DNA of 64,000 bases from Candidatus Latescibacterota bacterium (GTDB lineage Bacteria; Latescibacterota; UBA2968; UBA8231): the NCBI GenBank assembly GCA_965248265.1, contig CBDFJF010000002.1, positions 2,464,001 to 2,528,000 of the forward strand. Direction: 5' to 3'. Both the position numbers and the translations under genes were made by a program. Under the pieces are notes generated by a model. It worked only from the letters and a program-made list of their open reading frames with translations, did not search any database and was not told where the DNA came from. Below, piece by piece: positions 50,481 to 60,176 of the stretch. The first letter of the stretch is position 1. Each line of letters begins with the position of its first letter.

Positions 50481-50905
50481 TTTCTGCCGTAGACAGTTCT
50501 GTAATACTGGATGTCGTCACGGATGATCCAGATTTCGCGCAGGGGTCGGAGCGCGTTCTCCGCAAGGCAGCGGCTGAGGGACAGTTGGTCGTATGCGAGT
50601 GTGTTCTCGCGGAAGTCTTCCCAGCTTTTGGCAATGAATCATCATTCGAGGAATTTCTCACCGATTGGCAGTTGGAGTTCGTCCCCTCATCTAGAGAAAG
50701 CGCTGTGCTGGCAGGCAATCACTTCACCGTGTACCTGGAGCGGGGAGGCCGGCACGGTCGAGTCGTGGCAGACTTCCTGATCGGTGGGCATGCTGGCATT
50801 CATGCTGACAGGCTTGTAGTCAGAGATCGGGGATACCTGCGTGATTATTTCTCCGATCTTGTTATGTTGGATCCTCGACAGACCCTGGATTCGATGGGCG
50901 AATGA
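50477..50905 (+). CDS. vapC: PIN-domain toxin
   Basis: AVDSSVILD, VLAE, VADFLIGGHA and RDRG acidic PIN motifs. Confidence 0.88.
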   Translation: MISAVDSSVILDVVTDDPDFAQGSERVLRKAAAEGQLVVCECVLAEVFPAFGNESSFEEFLTDWQLEFVPSSRESAVLAGNHFTVYLERGGRHGRVVADFLIGGHAGIHADRLVVRDRGYLRDYFSDLVMLDPRQTLDSMGE

Positions 50906-50949
50906 GCCCAGCAGGGAATCGAAAGCACCGGTAACCCAGTGGAGACACC

Positions 50950-52494
50950 GTGATTCTCTTTCAACATGGCACCGTCATCGACGGATCAGGACAACCGGCG
51001 AAGCAGGCGTCGGTCCTTGTTCGCGATCAGCAGATAGATTCGGTCGGGGACATCGAAGCATCACCCGAGATGGAGGTCGTCGACTGTTCCGGCCTGGTTA
51101 TCGCGCCGGGTTTCATCGACGTGCACAGCCATGCCGATCTCGAGGTCCTCGAGCACCGGCCCGAGAAGGTTATGCAGGGGGTGACGACGGAGGTCGTCGG
51201 CAATTGTGGTTTTTCCGTTTTCCCGAAGGTGCCTCTCACCGGGCTCGCACCCGTGTTCGATATCGTCTTCGCCGGGCGCGGTGACCGGGAATGGGAGGAC
51301 GCCGGTTCGTACTTCGAAGACGTTGAGGGAGTGCAAACGCGCACCAATGTCGCCGCTCTCACCGGACACTCCAGTCTCCGGGCCGGAGTCACCGGCATGA
51401 AGGCGGGAAGCCTCCAGGGTGATGATCTGCGCGAAGTGGAGAAACGGCTGAGGGCGTGTCTCGAACAAGGTTCGATCGGGATGTCCACGGGCTTGAACGA
51501 GGTGCCCAGCAGCTACGGTGATTTCGACGAGCTGGTTGGTCTGTGCCGCATCGTCCATGAGCACGGCGCCCTCTACACCAGTCACCTGAGAGACTACAAA
51601 TTCCAGTTTGTCGAGGCGGTGCAGGAGGCACTCGATCTGGGTCGCGCCTCCGGAGTGCCTGTCCAGCTCTCCCATCTGCAGGCCGCGGGGCGCAAGAACT
51701 GGGACAAGATGGATCCGGTGTTGGAGCTGATCGACAAGGCTCACAGCGAGGGAGTCGACGTCGGTATCGATGCCTACCCCTATGTGGCCGGCTCGTGCAA
51801 TATCACGCAGCTGTTACCCATCTGGTGCATGGAAGGGGGTACGGAGCAGCTGATGTCGAGGTTACGGGATCCGGAAAGCCGGGCGCGGATCGCCGAGGAG
51901 ACCGACAGCGGGATGTCCAATGTCTGGGCGGACATCATGCTGGCAACCCTGGACAATCCGGACCAACAGGCCATCATCGGCACCACGGTGCAGGATGTGG
52001 CGGATGAGCGAGGATGTGCCGCGGTTGAAGCAGCCCTCGACCTGCTGATCGAGAACGAGTGCGGCATCATGATCATTTCATTCAATCAGTCTGATGAAAA
52101 TCTGCGCAAGGTGTTGACGCATCCACTGACCTCGATCATCACGGATGGCCTCGTGACCGAGGGCAAACCCCACCCGCGAACCTTTGGGACGTATCCGACC
52201 TTTCTCGGGGAATACGTGCGCGACAAGGGCTGGATGTCATTGGAAGACGCCGTGCGTAAGGTGAGTGCGCTGCCGGCGGCGCGCTTCGGTCTGGAAGGCA
52301 GGGGATTGCTGCAACCCGGATGCCACGCAGACCTCATCGTGTTCTCGGCGGACGGGATCGGCACGCGCGGCGACTACGTGGAGCCAGAGCACACCCCAGA
52401 TGGGATCGAGCACGTGCTCATCAATGGCGCCTGGGCGATACGGAAGGGTCGCTTCGATCAGGCAATTTGTTCGGGGCAGCCGCTGAGAGTCTGA
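50950..52494 (+). CDS. N-acyl-D-amino acid deacylase (D-aminoacylase)
   Basis: PGFIDVHSH, VVGNCG, DAYPY and PHPRTFGTYP. Confidence 0.92.
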   Translation: MILFQHGTVIDGSGQPAKQASVLVRDQQIDSVGDIEASPEMEVVDCSGLVIAPGFIDVHSHADLEVLEHRPEKVMQGVTTEVVGNCGFSVFPKVPLTGLAPVFDIVFAGRGDREWEDAGSYFEDVEGVQTRTNVAALTGHSSLRAGVTGMKAGSLQGDDLREVEKRLRACLEQGSIGMSTGLNEVPSSYGDFDELVGLCRIVHEHGALYTSHLRDYKFQFVEAVQEALDLGRASGVPVQLSHLQAAGRKNWDKMDPVLELIDKAHSEGVDVGIDAYPYVAGSCNITQLLPIWCMEGGTEQLMSRLRDPESRARIAEETDSGMSNVWADIMLATLDNPDQQAIIGTTVQDVADERGCAAVEAALDLLIENECGIMIISFNQSDENLRKVLTHPLTSIITDGLVTEGKPHPRTFGTYPTFLGEYVRDKGWMSLEDAVRKVSALPAARFGLEGRGLLQPGCHADLIVFSADGIGTRGDYVEPEHTPDGIEHVLINGAWAIRKGRFDQAICSGQPLRV

Positions 52495-52500
52495 AGTGGG
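52319..52500 (+). repeat. Direct repeat copy 1 (3' end of the D-aminoacylase gene)
   Basis: Aligns with 53838-54018; about 13 differences by eye. Confidence 0.93.
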
Positions 52501-52524
52501 GATCCGGGTGGCAATGGTGAAGCG

Positions 52525-53322
52525 ATGAGCGACCTGGAACTGCAGAAATACCTGTTTGACCTCAACGGCTATATCGTTATCCAGAATGCGTTGGGTGCCG
52601 ATGAACTGACGTTGCTGAACGAGATATTCGATCGTCAGGAGCGGCCGAGGGACTCCGTCATGATGTCCTACGGGGGTGGTTCCATTACCGGTCCCGGAGT
52701 CCTTGCGTATGGGCAGCCATTTGTCGATCTCCTTGACCATCCGGCGATCCTGCCCGTGTTGCGGTTTCGTCTGGGAGACTGTTTCCGTCTCGATCGACTG
52801 TACGCCATCGCGATGAGTCGTGGCATGTCGAAGGGTGTGATGCATTCGGATTACGGCGCATCGTCGCCGATTGCCGGCTCAGCGCCGGGTGAATACTATC
52901 CGTTTCCGCTGAACGAGATTCACAGCGGCTTCACGGTGGTCTCCTGGAATCTCACTGACTCCGGACCCGACGTCGGGGGGTTCAGCTGCATCCCCGGCAG
53001 CCACAAAAGCAATTACAGATTGCCGCAGCAGCTGGCGGACGCGGGTGACGAGTCGCCGCACGCCACTATCCCGCACGCGCCCGCAGGTTCCGTTACACTG
53101 TTCACGGAAGCGATTACACACAGTACATCGGCCTGGCACGGAGGACACGAGCGTCGCAATCTGCTCTACAAGTACTGCGTGTCGCAGATGGCCTGGGGCA
53201 GCAGCCGCGTACAAGCGCCCGACGACTGCGCGCTGACACCGCGCCAGGAAAGGCTGCTGTCAGAGCCTGCCGAACCCTACCGATTTTTTCCCTCCCTGTT
53301 CGAAGAAGAGCCAACGTCGTGA
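52525..53322 (+). CDS. PhyH family dioxygenase
   Basis: YLFDLNGY, MHSD, CIPGSHKS and EAITH. Confidence 0.87.
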   Translation: MSDLELQKYLFDLNGYIVIQNALGADELTLLNEIFDRQERPRDSVMMSYGGGSITGPGVLAYGQPFVDLLDHPAILPVLRFRLGDCFRLDRLYAIAMSRGMSKGVMHSDYGASSPIAGSAPGEYYPFPLNEIHSGFTVVSWNLTDSGPDVGGFSCIPGSHKSNYRLPQQLADAGDESPHATIPHAPAGSVTLFTEAITHSTSAWHGGHERRNLLYKYCVSQMAWGSSRVQAPDDCALTPRQERLLSEPAEPYRFFPSLFEEEPTS

Positions 53323-53804
53323 TGCAGCTTGCGCAGATCGCGGAGCAGGTCGGAGCGCTGCTCAAAGAGCGCACAGAGACTGTGGCAGTTGCGGAATCAT
53401 CAGCCGGCGGCGTCATATCGGCAGCGTTGCTCGCCGTTGCCGGAGCCTCCGCCTACTTCAAGGGCGGTGGTGTGGTGTACACCGGCGAGGCAAAGCAGAC
53501 GCTGATGGCGATGACGGACGAAGCCATGGCGGAGGCGCGTGCAGCCACCCAGAGCCATGCCCTGCACCTGGCCCGCGCCGCGCGCATTCGCCTCGGTACG
53601 GACTGGGGGATTGGCGAAACCGGGGCGGCGGGGCCCACCGGCAATCGTTACGGCGATTCGCCAGGGCACACCTGTATCGCCGTGTCGGGACCGCGCGAGA
53701 AAACCGTGACCATCGAGACCGGCAACGACGGTCGCGAGCAAAACATGTGGGCCTTCGCGGGTGCGGCTCTAGATCTGCTCGGCGAATGTATTCGCTGCGA
53801 ATGA
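53319..53804 (+). CDS. CinA C-terminal/PncC-like protein
   Basis: VAVAESSAGG, GETGAAGP and REQN. Confidence 0.85.
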   Translation: MMQLAQIAEQVGALLKERTETVAVAESSAGGVISAALLAVAGASAYFKGGGVVYTGEAKQTLMAMTDEAMAEARAATQSHALHLARAARIRLGTDWGIGETGAAGPTGNRYGDSPGHTCIAVSGPREKTVTIETGNDGREQNMWAFAGAALDLLGECIRCE

Positions 53805-53837
53805 AGCTCGCCCCCGCCCCATCCTTGAGGATGTTGC

Positions 53838-54018
53838 GATGCCACGCCGACCTCATCGTGCTCTCGGCAGAGGGATTGGCACGCGCGGCGATTACGTGGA
53901 GCAGGAGCACACTCCCGATGGGATCGAGCACGTGCTCATCAATGGCGCCTGGGCGATACGGCAGGGTCGCTTTGATCAGGCAATTTGCTCGGGGCAGCCG
54001 CTGAGAGTCTGAAGTGGG
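53838..54018 (+). repeat. Direct repeat copy 2: orphan D-aminoacylase 3' end with a 1-bp deletion
   Basis: GATGCCACGC...CTGAGAGTCTGAAGTGGG matches 52319-52500. Confidence 0.93.
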
Positions 54019-54024
54019 AGAGTC

Positions 54025-55962
54025 CTACTGAAACGGTACCGGTATACCGTTGCCATGCCACGGGAACGCGTATGATGGGTCGTTCAAGAAACGCTGCATG
54101 CCGGCGCCGATGCGGATGGAGGTCGATGGGGGTAGTTCAACGGTGAGGTGCTTGCCCCCTACGGTCATCGTCTGCGTCGTTTCGCCATCCTGGTGCTGAA
54201 CATCGGTGAAATTGTGCTCGCCGAAGGCGCCGGCCTGGACGATGACGGTGCGAGATTCGGTCGCGCTCAGGTTTACCAGCTGCAAGCCAACTCGATTTCC
54301 CTTTATCTCGTCAACCAGGGCGGCCACGTCTGAGGGCACTCCCGGGCGCCCGTTTTCGGGGTCGAAGTAACGGACGGTGGCGCGCAGCAAGCCGCCGTGA
54401 TAGACGGACTGTGGGGCACCCAGCATGACGTTGGTCAGCACGTTGGTGTGCACGGGGTTCGGCGGCACGCGATTGTCGGCGATGATCTCGGCTGCCGTGC
54501 GGCCGTCGTCGCAGGTATCGCGATACACTTTCAGGGCGCTCTCCAGTTCCGCCTGCAGAATGGCGACGGGCCAGTCTGGATTCTGGCCCTCGTAGTACTG
54601 GAAGCGCGGGTACTCGGGCGTCCAATGGTAGATATCCGGTCCCTCCACCTTGTTGTCATTCCAGTCGAAGCTGACATCCCCCTCCCGTACCCACATCAAC
54701 AACTCGTGATCTTCATCTGATAGAGAAGCGTGGTAGAGGTGGGCGAGCTCGTTCATGCGCACCGGCTGGTCGCGGCCTGTCACCGGGTTCCACATCTTGT
54801 GTCCCCAGCCGTTGGCATCGTGACGGACCGCCTGCAGAAACTGGCCGTCCTCGCGGGTGATGCCGTTGTCGATGAGGACCTTAATCTGAGAGCGCAGCAG
54901 GTCGAGGTAGCCGAAGTCGCCGGTCAGCAGCTGGGCGCATTCGGCGGCGATGGTCAGTGAGTGGAAGAGGATGTTGAAGCCGCAGTAGCTACTCCAGCCA
55001 TACATGGCACCCCACCAGCAGCCATCGCGATGCTCGCCGATCTTTCCGGTCGGTCCGACGTTGTCGGGGATGACGCCGTTGTTCTGCTGGATGCGTTCCA
55101 TCCAGGCATCCGTGTACTCGACAACCCAGTCCTTGTAGCGCGAGTCACCAGTGTAGAGGTAGGCGTTGGTAAGCAGGCCAGTGGCGCCCAGGTTGTTGGG
55201 GGTGTCGGCGTTGAGGACGATGTGATCGAAGAGGCCGACAATCTCCTCGCGGCGTTTGTCGTCCTTCCACCAATCAGGTTCAAGGTCCGGCACAATCGGG
55301 TAGAGGGATGAGCGGGTGCCGTAGTAGTTGACCTTGCCGTCGAAATCTGCGGGGCCGTACAGGAAGGCGTGGGTCTTTTGCGCGCTCGCCTTGTGCCACG
55401 GTCCCTGACCGGTCTGCATCGGCGAGCGTAGCACCTTGTAGCGCGGGTCGTAATTGGGTGCCGCCGGGTCTTCGCCCGTGTAGAAGGAGGCGAACAGTTT
55501 CGAGCGCCGCACGTTCTCCGAGATTGTCGGATCGGCCAGCCCCAGGTGGTAAAAAGCCATGTTGCCCTCGCCCTTGTGATGCCACTCGGCATCGCCCGGG
55601 TGGACCAGGCCATAGTACTCCCTGTGAACGGAGGGGGTAAATCTGTCGTGGACGCGACTGACGATGCTGTCGTCACCATAGCGGGTCACGGCGTTCCAGT
55701 GCGCGAGGGTCAGATCAAGAATGCGCTCGCTGGCTCCCATCGAATAGAACAGACCCCAGTTGTAAATCATCTCCCACAGATCATCGACATCATCGGAGTA
55801 GTAGGGCACGCCACCGCGCTCAGAGTACTTGCTCGCCTTGAGCTCGACAGACTGCTCCATGACTTCAATCAGTTGACGCTCGAGGAGGGCCCACGCCGGC
55901 GGCGCGGATTGGCTGGTTGCTCTGACTGTGGGGAAGTCGATCTCGATGGCCCGGCTGCGCAT
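54025..55962 (-). CDS. Conserved hypothetical protein, paralog 1 of a ~650-aa family (possibly alpha/alpha toroid)
   Basis: Shares motifs with 61333-63336: PPxWA..RQLI, GLADP, APNYDP, TNAYLYTGD, PDNVGP and PSYAFP. Confidence 0.8.
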   Translation of the reverse strand: MRSRAIEIDFPTVRATSQSAPPAWALLERQLIEVMEQSVELKASKYSERGGVPYYSDDVDDLWEMIYNWGLFYSMGASERILDLTLAHWNAVTRYGDDSIVSRVHDRFTPSVHREYYGLVHPGDAEWHHKGEGNMAFYHLGLADPTISENVRRSKLFASFYTGEDPAAPNYDPRYKVLRSPMQTGQGPWHKASAQKTHAFLYGPADFDGKVNYYGTRSSLYPIVPDLEPDWWKDDKRREEIVGLFDHIVLNADTPNNLGATGLLTNAYLYTGDSRYKDWVVEYTDAWMERIQQNNGVIPDNVGPTGKIGEHRDGCWWGAMYGWSSYCGFNILFHSLTIAAECAQLLTGDFGYLDLLRSQIKVLIDNGITREDGQFLQAVRHDANGWGHKMWNPVTGRDQPVRMNELAHLYHASLSDEDHELLMWVREGDVSFDWNDNKVEGPDIYHWTPEYPRFQYYEGQNPDWPVAILQAELESALKVYRDTCDDGRTAAEIIADNRVPPNPVHTNVLTNVMLGAPQSVYHGGLLRATVRYFDPENGRPGVPSDVAALVDEIKGNRVGLQLVNLSATESRTVIVQAGAFGEHNFTDVQHQDGETTQTMTVGGKHLTVELPPSTSIRIGAGMQRFLNDPSYAFPWHGNGIPVPFQ

Positions 55963-56010
55963 GCTGTATCTCCTAACTTCGACGCCAGCGCGGTGGCGCG
56001 GTCAGTTGAA

Positions 56011-56787
56011 TCAGGCGTTGCGGGCGTACTGCAAGCCGAGATCAGGGAGATCCTTCACCATTTCCCTGATGCAGGTGAACTCGCTGTTCAAGAAGGTCTC
56101 GTGGGGCTGAAACACCTTCGGACTGTATAGCTGAAGCGTGCGCAGGTGTTGTGCAGTGGTTGGTCTGGCGGCGAACTTGAAGGCGAGAAATCGTCGGCCT
56201 TTCCTGCCTCCATGCAGGCCGTGCCACAGGTACTGGTTGAAGAGGACGACATCACCGGGTTCAGTCTCGACGGGGTAGGCCGGAATCTCCGCTTCCACTA
56301 CGCCAAATGGATTATCCGCAGCCCTGGATTCCTGTGGACTAAGGGCCTGGTGGAAATGCTGCCGGTGTGAGCCGAGGATGAAGCGGATGCATCCCGTGTC
56401 GACGGTCAGCTTCTCAAGGTACATCATAACCTTGATCCGCGGGTAGTCGACCCAATCGCGCTCCCACTTCTCGCCGTCGAGCTGGTAATAACGGCGGTCG
56501 GCATGCCACTGGCTCTTGGTGTACTCGGAAACAACACCCTCTGAGCCGACGAATATGTAGCCACTTCCGAGCAGCTTCGATATCGGGTCGTGAATACGAT
56601 CGTCCGCGGCAAGCCGGGTCAGGCAGGCATTGCGTTCGGCGAAGTACCCACCCGATTCACTGCCCGTTTCCTCCCAGACCGTCTCGGCGGATCGTGTTAT
56701 CTCCTCCATCTCTTCGGGGGTGAACGCTTGTCGCAGACACAGGAAACCGAAGGTGTCGAAGTGGGCGATCTGTTCTTGCTCGATCAT
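56011..56787 (-). CDS. PhyH family dioxygenase
   Basis: HFDTFGF, WHAD, ILGSH and PGDVVLFNQYLWH. Confidence 0.87.
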   Translation of the reverse strand: MIEQEQIAHFDTFGFLCLRQAFTPEEMEEITRSAETVWEETGSESGGYFAERNACLTRLAADDRIHDPISKLLGSGYIFVGSEGVVSEYTKSQWHADRRYYQLDGEKWERDWVDYPRIKVMMYLEKLTVDTGCIRFILGSHRQHFHQALSPQESRAADNPFGVVEAEIPAYPVETEPGDVVLFNQYLWHGLHGGRKGRRFLAFKFAARPTTAQHLRTLQLYSPKVFQPHETFLNSEFTCIREMVKDLPDLGLQYARNA

Positions 56788-56799
56788 GGCTGAGATCGT

Positions 56800-58347
56800 C
56801 TACGAAGGCGGCGGTATCTTGAGCGGGTCCAGGGATTCGGGACGGTCGCATTCGGTGTAGCGCATGTGGACCTCGACTCCCGTTAGCGTGCGGGCAAAGC
56901 CGGCCGTTTTCTCCTTGCGGACGATTTCAATCTCGAGGGTGTTGTCGCCTTGCACAACATCGTTCACGCCGAGTGTCCAACGCATCCAGTAGGTTCCGCG
57001 TCTGGGTTCGTAAGTGACCTTGCGATCGATGAGGAGGTTGTTGCCGTTGAATGCGATCGTCACCTCGTCCTCGACGCAGAACGATTGAAAAGTCAGTGTC
57101 AATATGGGGTTTCGCAGCTCGTCGTCGGCTTTGGCACCATCGATCTCATCGCCGATGACGATCGGTACGGTCTCCTTCGCCCCCTCCTGAAGCACCAGCG
57201 GAAGCTGGCGGCCGTCTGGTTTGGCGTAACTGGGCAGATCTTCCCGCGGCGGCAGGAAGTAGCGCTTGTCGTGACGTAGTGCCGCTTCGGGGTTGGACAT
57301 CTCGCGAAGGAGACGATACTCGGCATCGGCGAAGGGCCAGGGCAGGTAGCCGAGGTAGATGCCGGCAAAGCCGTGCCAGTGCGCCGTCTGCCTGAAGGCG
57401 CGGAACATCTCGATGTTGGCGATGCTGGCGCGGGTGTCGTCCAGTTTTCGGTTGGGGCGCAGGTAGGCGGAAACGCCAGCGGCATTGGCGGCATCGGCCA
57501 GCCATTTGCCACCGTGGGCGCCGGTGTCGAGGAGCATGTTGGGAACCTGGCCAACGACGTAGTCGATGTCGCCGGCGGCGATCCAGGCTTCGACGTCGAG
57601 GCCGATGCTCAGGTTTTCCTCGCGGCGGTGCCAGACTCTGGCCTGGACTGGAATTGTACGCGATTGGAGCTCACCGATCTCCGTGGCAAGCGCCTTCACC
57701 TCAGCCACGAATCCGTTCATCACCGGTATACAGGCTTCCGTTTCGTTCTGCCGGAAGTAGAGTGGGAAGAACATGAAGTCGAGTTCGATTCCATCCGCTT
57801 CATAGTCCACGAGCACTTCGCGAATCAGACTCAGCTTCTCGGCGCGAACAACCTCGTTGGCATAGTCATAACACCATTCGGTCTTATGGTTGGCGAATCG
57901 GTCGTCACCGCTGCCAAGCGTAACCTCTTTGCCCTGGTGCCACTTCAACCAACCGCACCGTTCCCCGCCCTGCTCCGTCGGGTCCTGCAGCTTGAGACTG
58001 GGGAAGACCCTGATTCCAGCCGCGCGGCCGTGTTTGATCACCTCGCGCAGCTGGTCGGTACCCATGGCCGCAGCGTCTTTGACGTTGCGCATAATGCGCC
58101 AGTTGATGAAGCCGCCGAAGACTTCCTGCTCCTGGCCGATGATGCGGCCAATCTTGGTCTGATGGAAGTAGACGTCGGCGAAGCCGAGGCCGAAGCTGAG
58201 CTGATCGACGCCGGTGCCCGAGAGCTCATCGATCGGCCAGCGCATCTTGTGCAGGTTCAGTGGGGGATCGAGACGCTTGAAATGGAAGTGGTGGGCGTCG
58301 CTGTAGTAGATGAGCCGGGGAGGTGGGGGCGTGCCGTGGGTAGCCAT
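56800..58347 (-). CDS. GHL10-like TIM-barrel glycosidase-like protein
   Basis: IYYSDAH, YDYANEVVR and DGIELDF. Distant paralog of 47544-49184. Confidence 0.65.
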   Translation of the reverse strand: MATHGTPPPPRLIYYSDAHHFHFKRLDPPLNLHKMRWPIDELSGTGVDQLSFGLGFADVYFHQTKIGRIIGQEQEVFGGFINWRIMRNVKDAAAMGTDQLREVIKHGRAAGIRVFPSLKLQDPTEQGGERCGWLKWHQGKEVTLGSGDDRFANHKTEWCYDYANEVVRAEKLSLIREVLVDYEADGIELDFMFFPLYFRQNETEACIPVMNGFVAEVKALATEIGELQSRTIPVQARVWHRREENLSIGLDVEAWIAAGDIDYVVGQVPNMLLDTGAHGGKWLADAANAAGVSAYLRPNRKLDDTRASIANIEMFRAFRQTAHWHGFAGIYLGYLPWPFADAEYRLLREMSNPEAALRHDKRYFLPPREDLPSYAKPDGRQLPLVLQEGAKETVPIVIGDEIDGAKADDELRNPILTLTFQSFCVEDEVTIAFNGNNLLIDRKVTYEPRRGTYWMRWTLGVNDVVQGDNTLEIEIVRKEKTAGFARTLTGVEVHMRYTECDRPESLDPLKIPPPS

Positions 58348-58358
58348 CGTGACTCCAG

Positions 58359-59495
58359 TCAGTGTCCGGGGATGTAGAGGCTGCGGTCCTCCACCGGGAG
58401 CGAGACCCGGGCGCCGCCCTGCAGATGGGAGTGAGCCACCGCGATCTCGGCCTCCGTAATCCGTAGTGTGCGGTCGATATTGCCGCTGGTCCGTTCGCCG
58501 GTGTCCAACTCGCGGATGATCTCGCGAATGATGACGACGGTCGGGCTTTCACCCTTTGGCCAGATGGTCTCCTCGACAATTCCTCCATTCGCCTTGCGCC
58601 GCACATGGAAGTCGTTGCCGCCATCCCAGGCGCAGGCGCGGCCGTCGCTGCCGTGGACTTCGAACTCGCAACCACCCTGTCGCGGGACAAACACGGACTC
58701 CGTGCCATCGGCGTAACCGACGCGGGCAAAACCCAACACCGGCTCCGCGTAGATGATGTCACCTGGAGGGACAAAGCGGTTGCCGGCGGTGTCGAAGGAG
58801 GGAATCGGCATCGGACGTTGGGTCAGCTCCGTGCCCTCGCGTGGTCCCATCCGCCCTTCGCCCGGGTCGAGGGGCTCGCCTGCCTCCACGAGCCGGCCTT
58901 CGACCCAAACAGGTTCAGGGTCACCCAGCAGCATGGCCACGGTGTCGAAGGAGTGACTGTGGTGTTTCATCAGATCCGTGACCCAGAAGGTGAACGCGAA
59001 CTGGGGCTCACCGATGTCACCACGCTCAATCGCCTGGCGCAGGCGCACGAAGCCGTCGTGGTAGCGGCGCTCGGCACCGAAGTTGAAAGCGACGTTGTTC
59101 GCCCTGCACGCAGCGGCGATGCGATCGGCCTCGTCAAGTGACGCGCACAGCGCCTTTTCCGCGTAGATACCGCGCACTCCGTTCTCGGCGGCAAAAATGA
59201 TAGGCTCGGCGCGAAACTGGGATTGGGTGGTGACACTGACGATGTCCGGCTTTTCCTTCTCGATCATCTCGCGGTAATCGAGGTAGGTGTTGGTGATGCC
59301 GAAGCGGTCCGTGAACATCTGCAGTCGACCTTCGCTGCGCCCCGCCACGCCCACGACCTCGGTCTGCTCGATGAAGTCGTAGGCCGCGTAATGGCCGTGT
59401 GGTTTGCGGTATGTATTGTTCGGCTGCTCGTCTTCGAGCAAACCGCCGATGCGGCCGGCTCCGATGATGGCGGCACGGTATGTTGAATCACCCAT
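58359..59495 (-). CDS. Gfo/Idh/MocA oxidoreductase
   Basis: IIGAGRIG, KPDIVSV and YAEKA. Confidence 0.88.
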   Translation of the reverse strand: MGDSTYRAAIIGAGRIGGLLEDEQPNNTYRKPHGHYAAYDFIEQTEVVGVAGRSEGRLQMFTDRFGITNTYLDYREMIEKEKPDIVSVTTQSQFRAEPIIFAAENGVRGIYAEKALCASLDEADRIAAACRANNVAFNFGAERRYHDGFVRLRQAIERGDIGEPQFAFTFWVTDLMKHHSHSFDTVAMLLGDPEPVWVEGRLVEAGEPLDPGEGRMGPREGTELTQRPMPIPSFDTAGNRFVPPGDIIYAEPVLGFARVGYADGTESVFVPRQGGCEFEVHGSDGRACAWDGGNDFHVRRKANGGIVEETIWPKGESPTVVIIREIIRELDTGERTSGNIDRTLRITEAEIAVAHSHLQGGARVSLPVEDRSLYIPGH

Positions 59496-59497
59496 CG

Positions 59498-60175
59498 CTA
59501 TTCTCCTCCACCTCGACCCGACAGTCCAAGCCCCTTCAGATAGCCTTCACCGGATTGCCAGCGGGCGAATATCTGTTCTTCCTCAGTCTCAATGTCGCGT
59601 GCCGCCTCGATCACCGCAGGAGCGTCCGTAGTCGAGCAGAACACGATGCCATCCTCATCGGCGATGACGAGATCGCCCGGGGTAACCCTGACACCGCCGA
59701 TGTCGACGTCAATGGCCGTCTCAGCACCGACATAGCCTTCTGGCACACGGCCGAGGAAGGAGTCCGTGCTGATCTGCCGGTGAAACATCTGCATGCCCTG
59801 GGCTGTGACGTCGGCGGTATCGCGAATGCAGCCGTCGATGACAACGCCGGTGAGACCGGCGTGAACGAATGAGCGACTGGCTCCGCCCCCAAATGGAGAT
59901 CGCAATCCAAGGCGCGACTCCGTGACGAGGACGGGACTGGGAACCTGGCCAGCCTGCGTGAAGGCGGTATCGAATACGTACGGATGCGGTTCGGACTCGG
60001 TCGGGTAATAGTCGAGACGCAAGGTTACGACTGTGCCGGCGACGCGCTTCCCGGGAATGAGTGGGCGTAAAGCCGGGTCGGCGATGCGCCGCGGCATTGC
60101 CAGAACCTGCATGCCGTCAGCTATGAACGGCGAACCGAGCTCGTGGAAGGTCTTGATGCAGTCTATCGTATTCAA
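59498..60175 (-). CDS. RraA family/HMG aldolase-like protein
   Basis: VAGTVVT, FGG, GVVIDGCIRD and PGDLVIADEDG. TTG start inferred just after the upstream stop. Confidence 0.82.
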   Translation of the reverse strand: MNTIDCIKTFHELGSPFIADGMQVLAMPRRIADPALRPLIPGKRVAGTVVTLRLDYYPTESEPHPYVFDTAFTQAGQVPSPVLVTESRLGLRSPFGGGASRSFVHAGLTGVVIDGCIRDTADVTAQGMQMFHRQISTDSFLGRVPEGYVGAETAIDVDIGGVRVTPGDLVIADEDGIVFCSTTDAPAVIEAARDIETEEEQIFARWQSGEGYLKGLGLSGRGGGE

Positions 60176-60176
60176 A

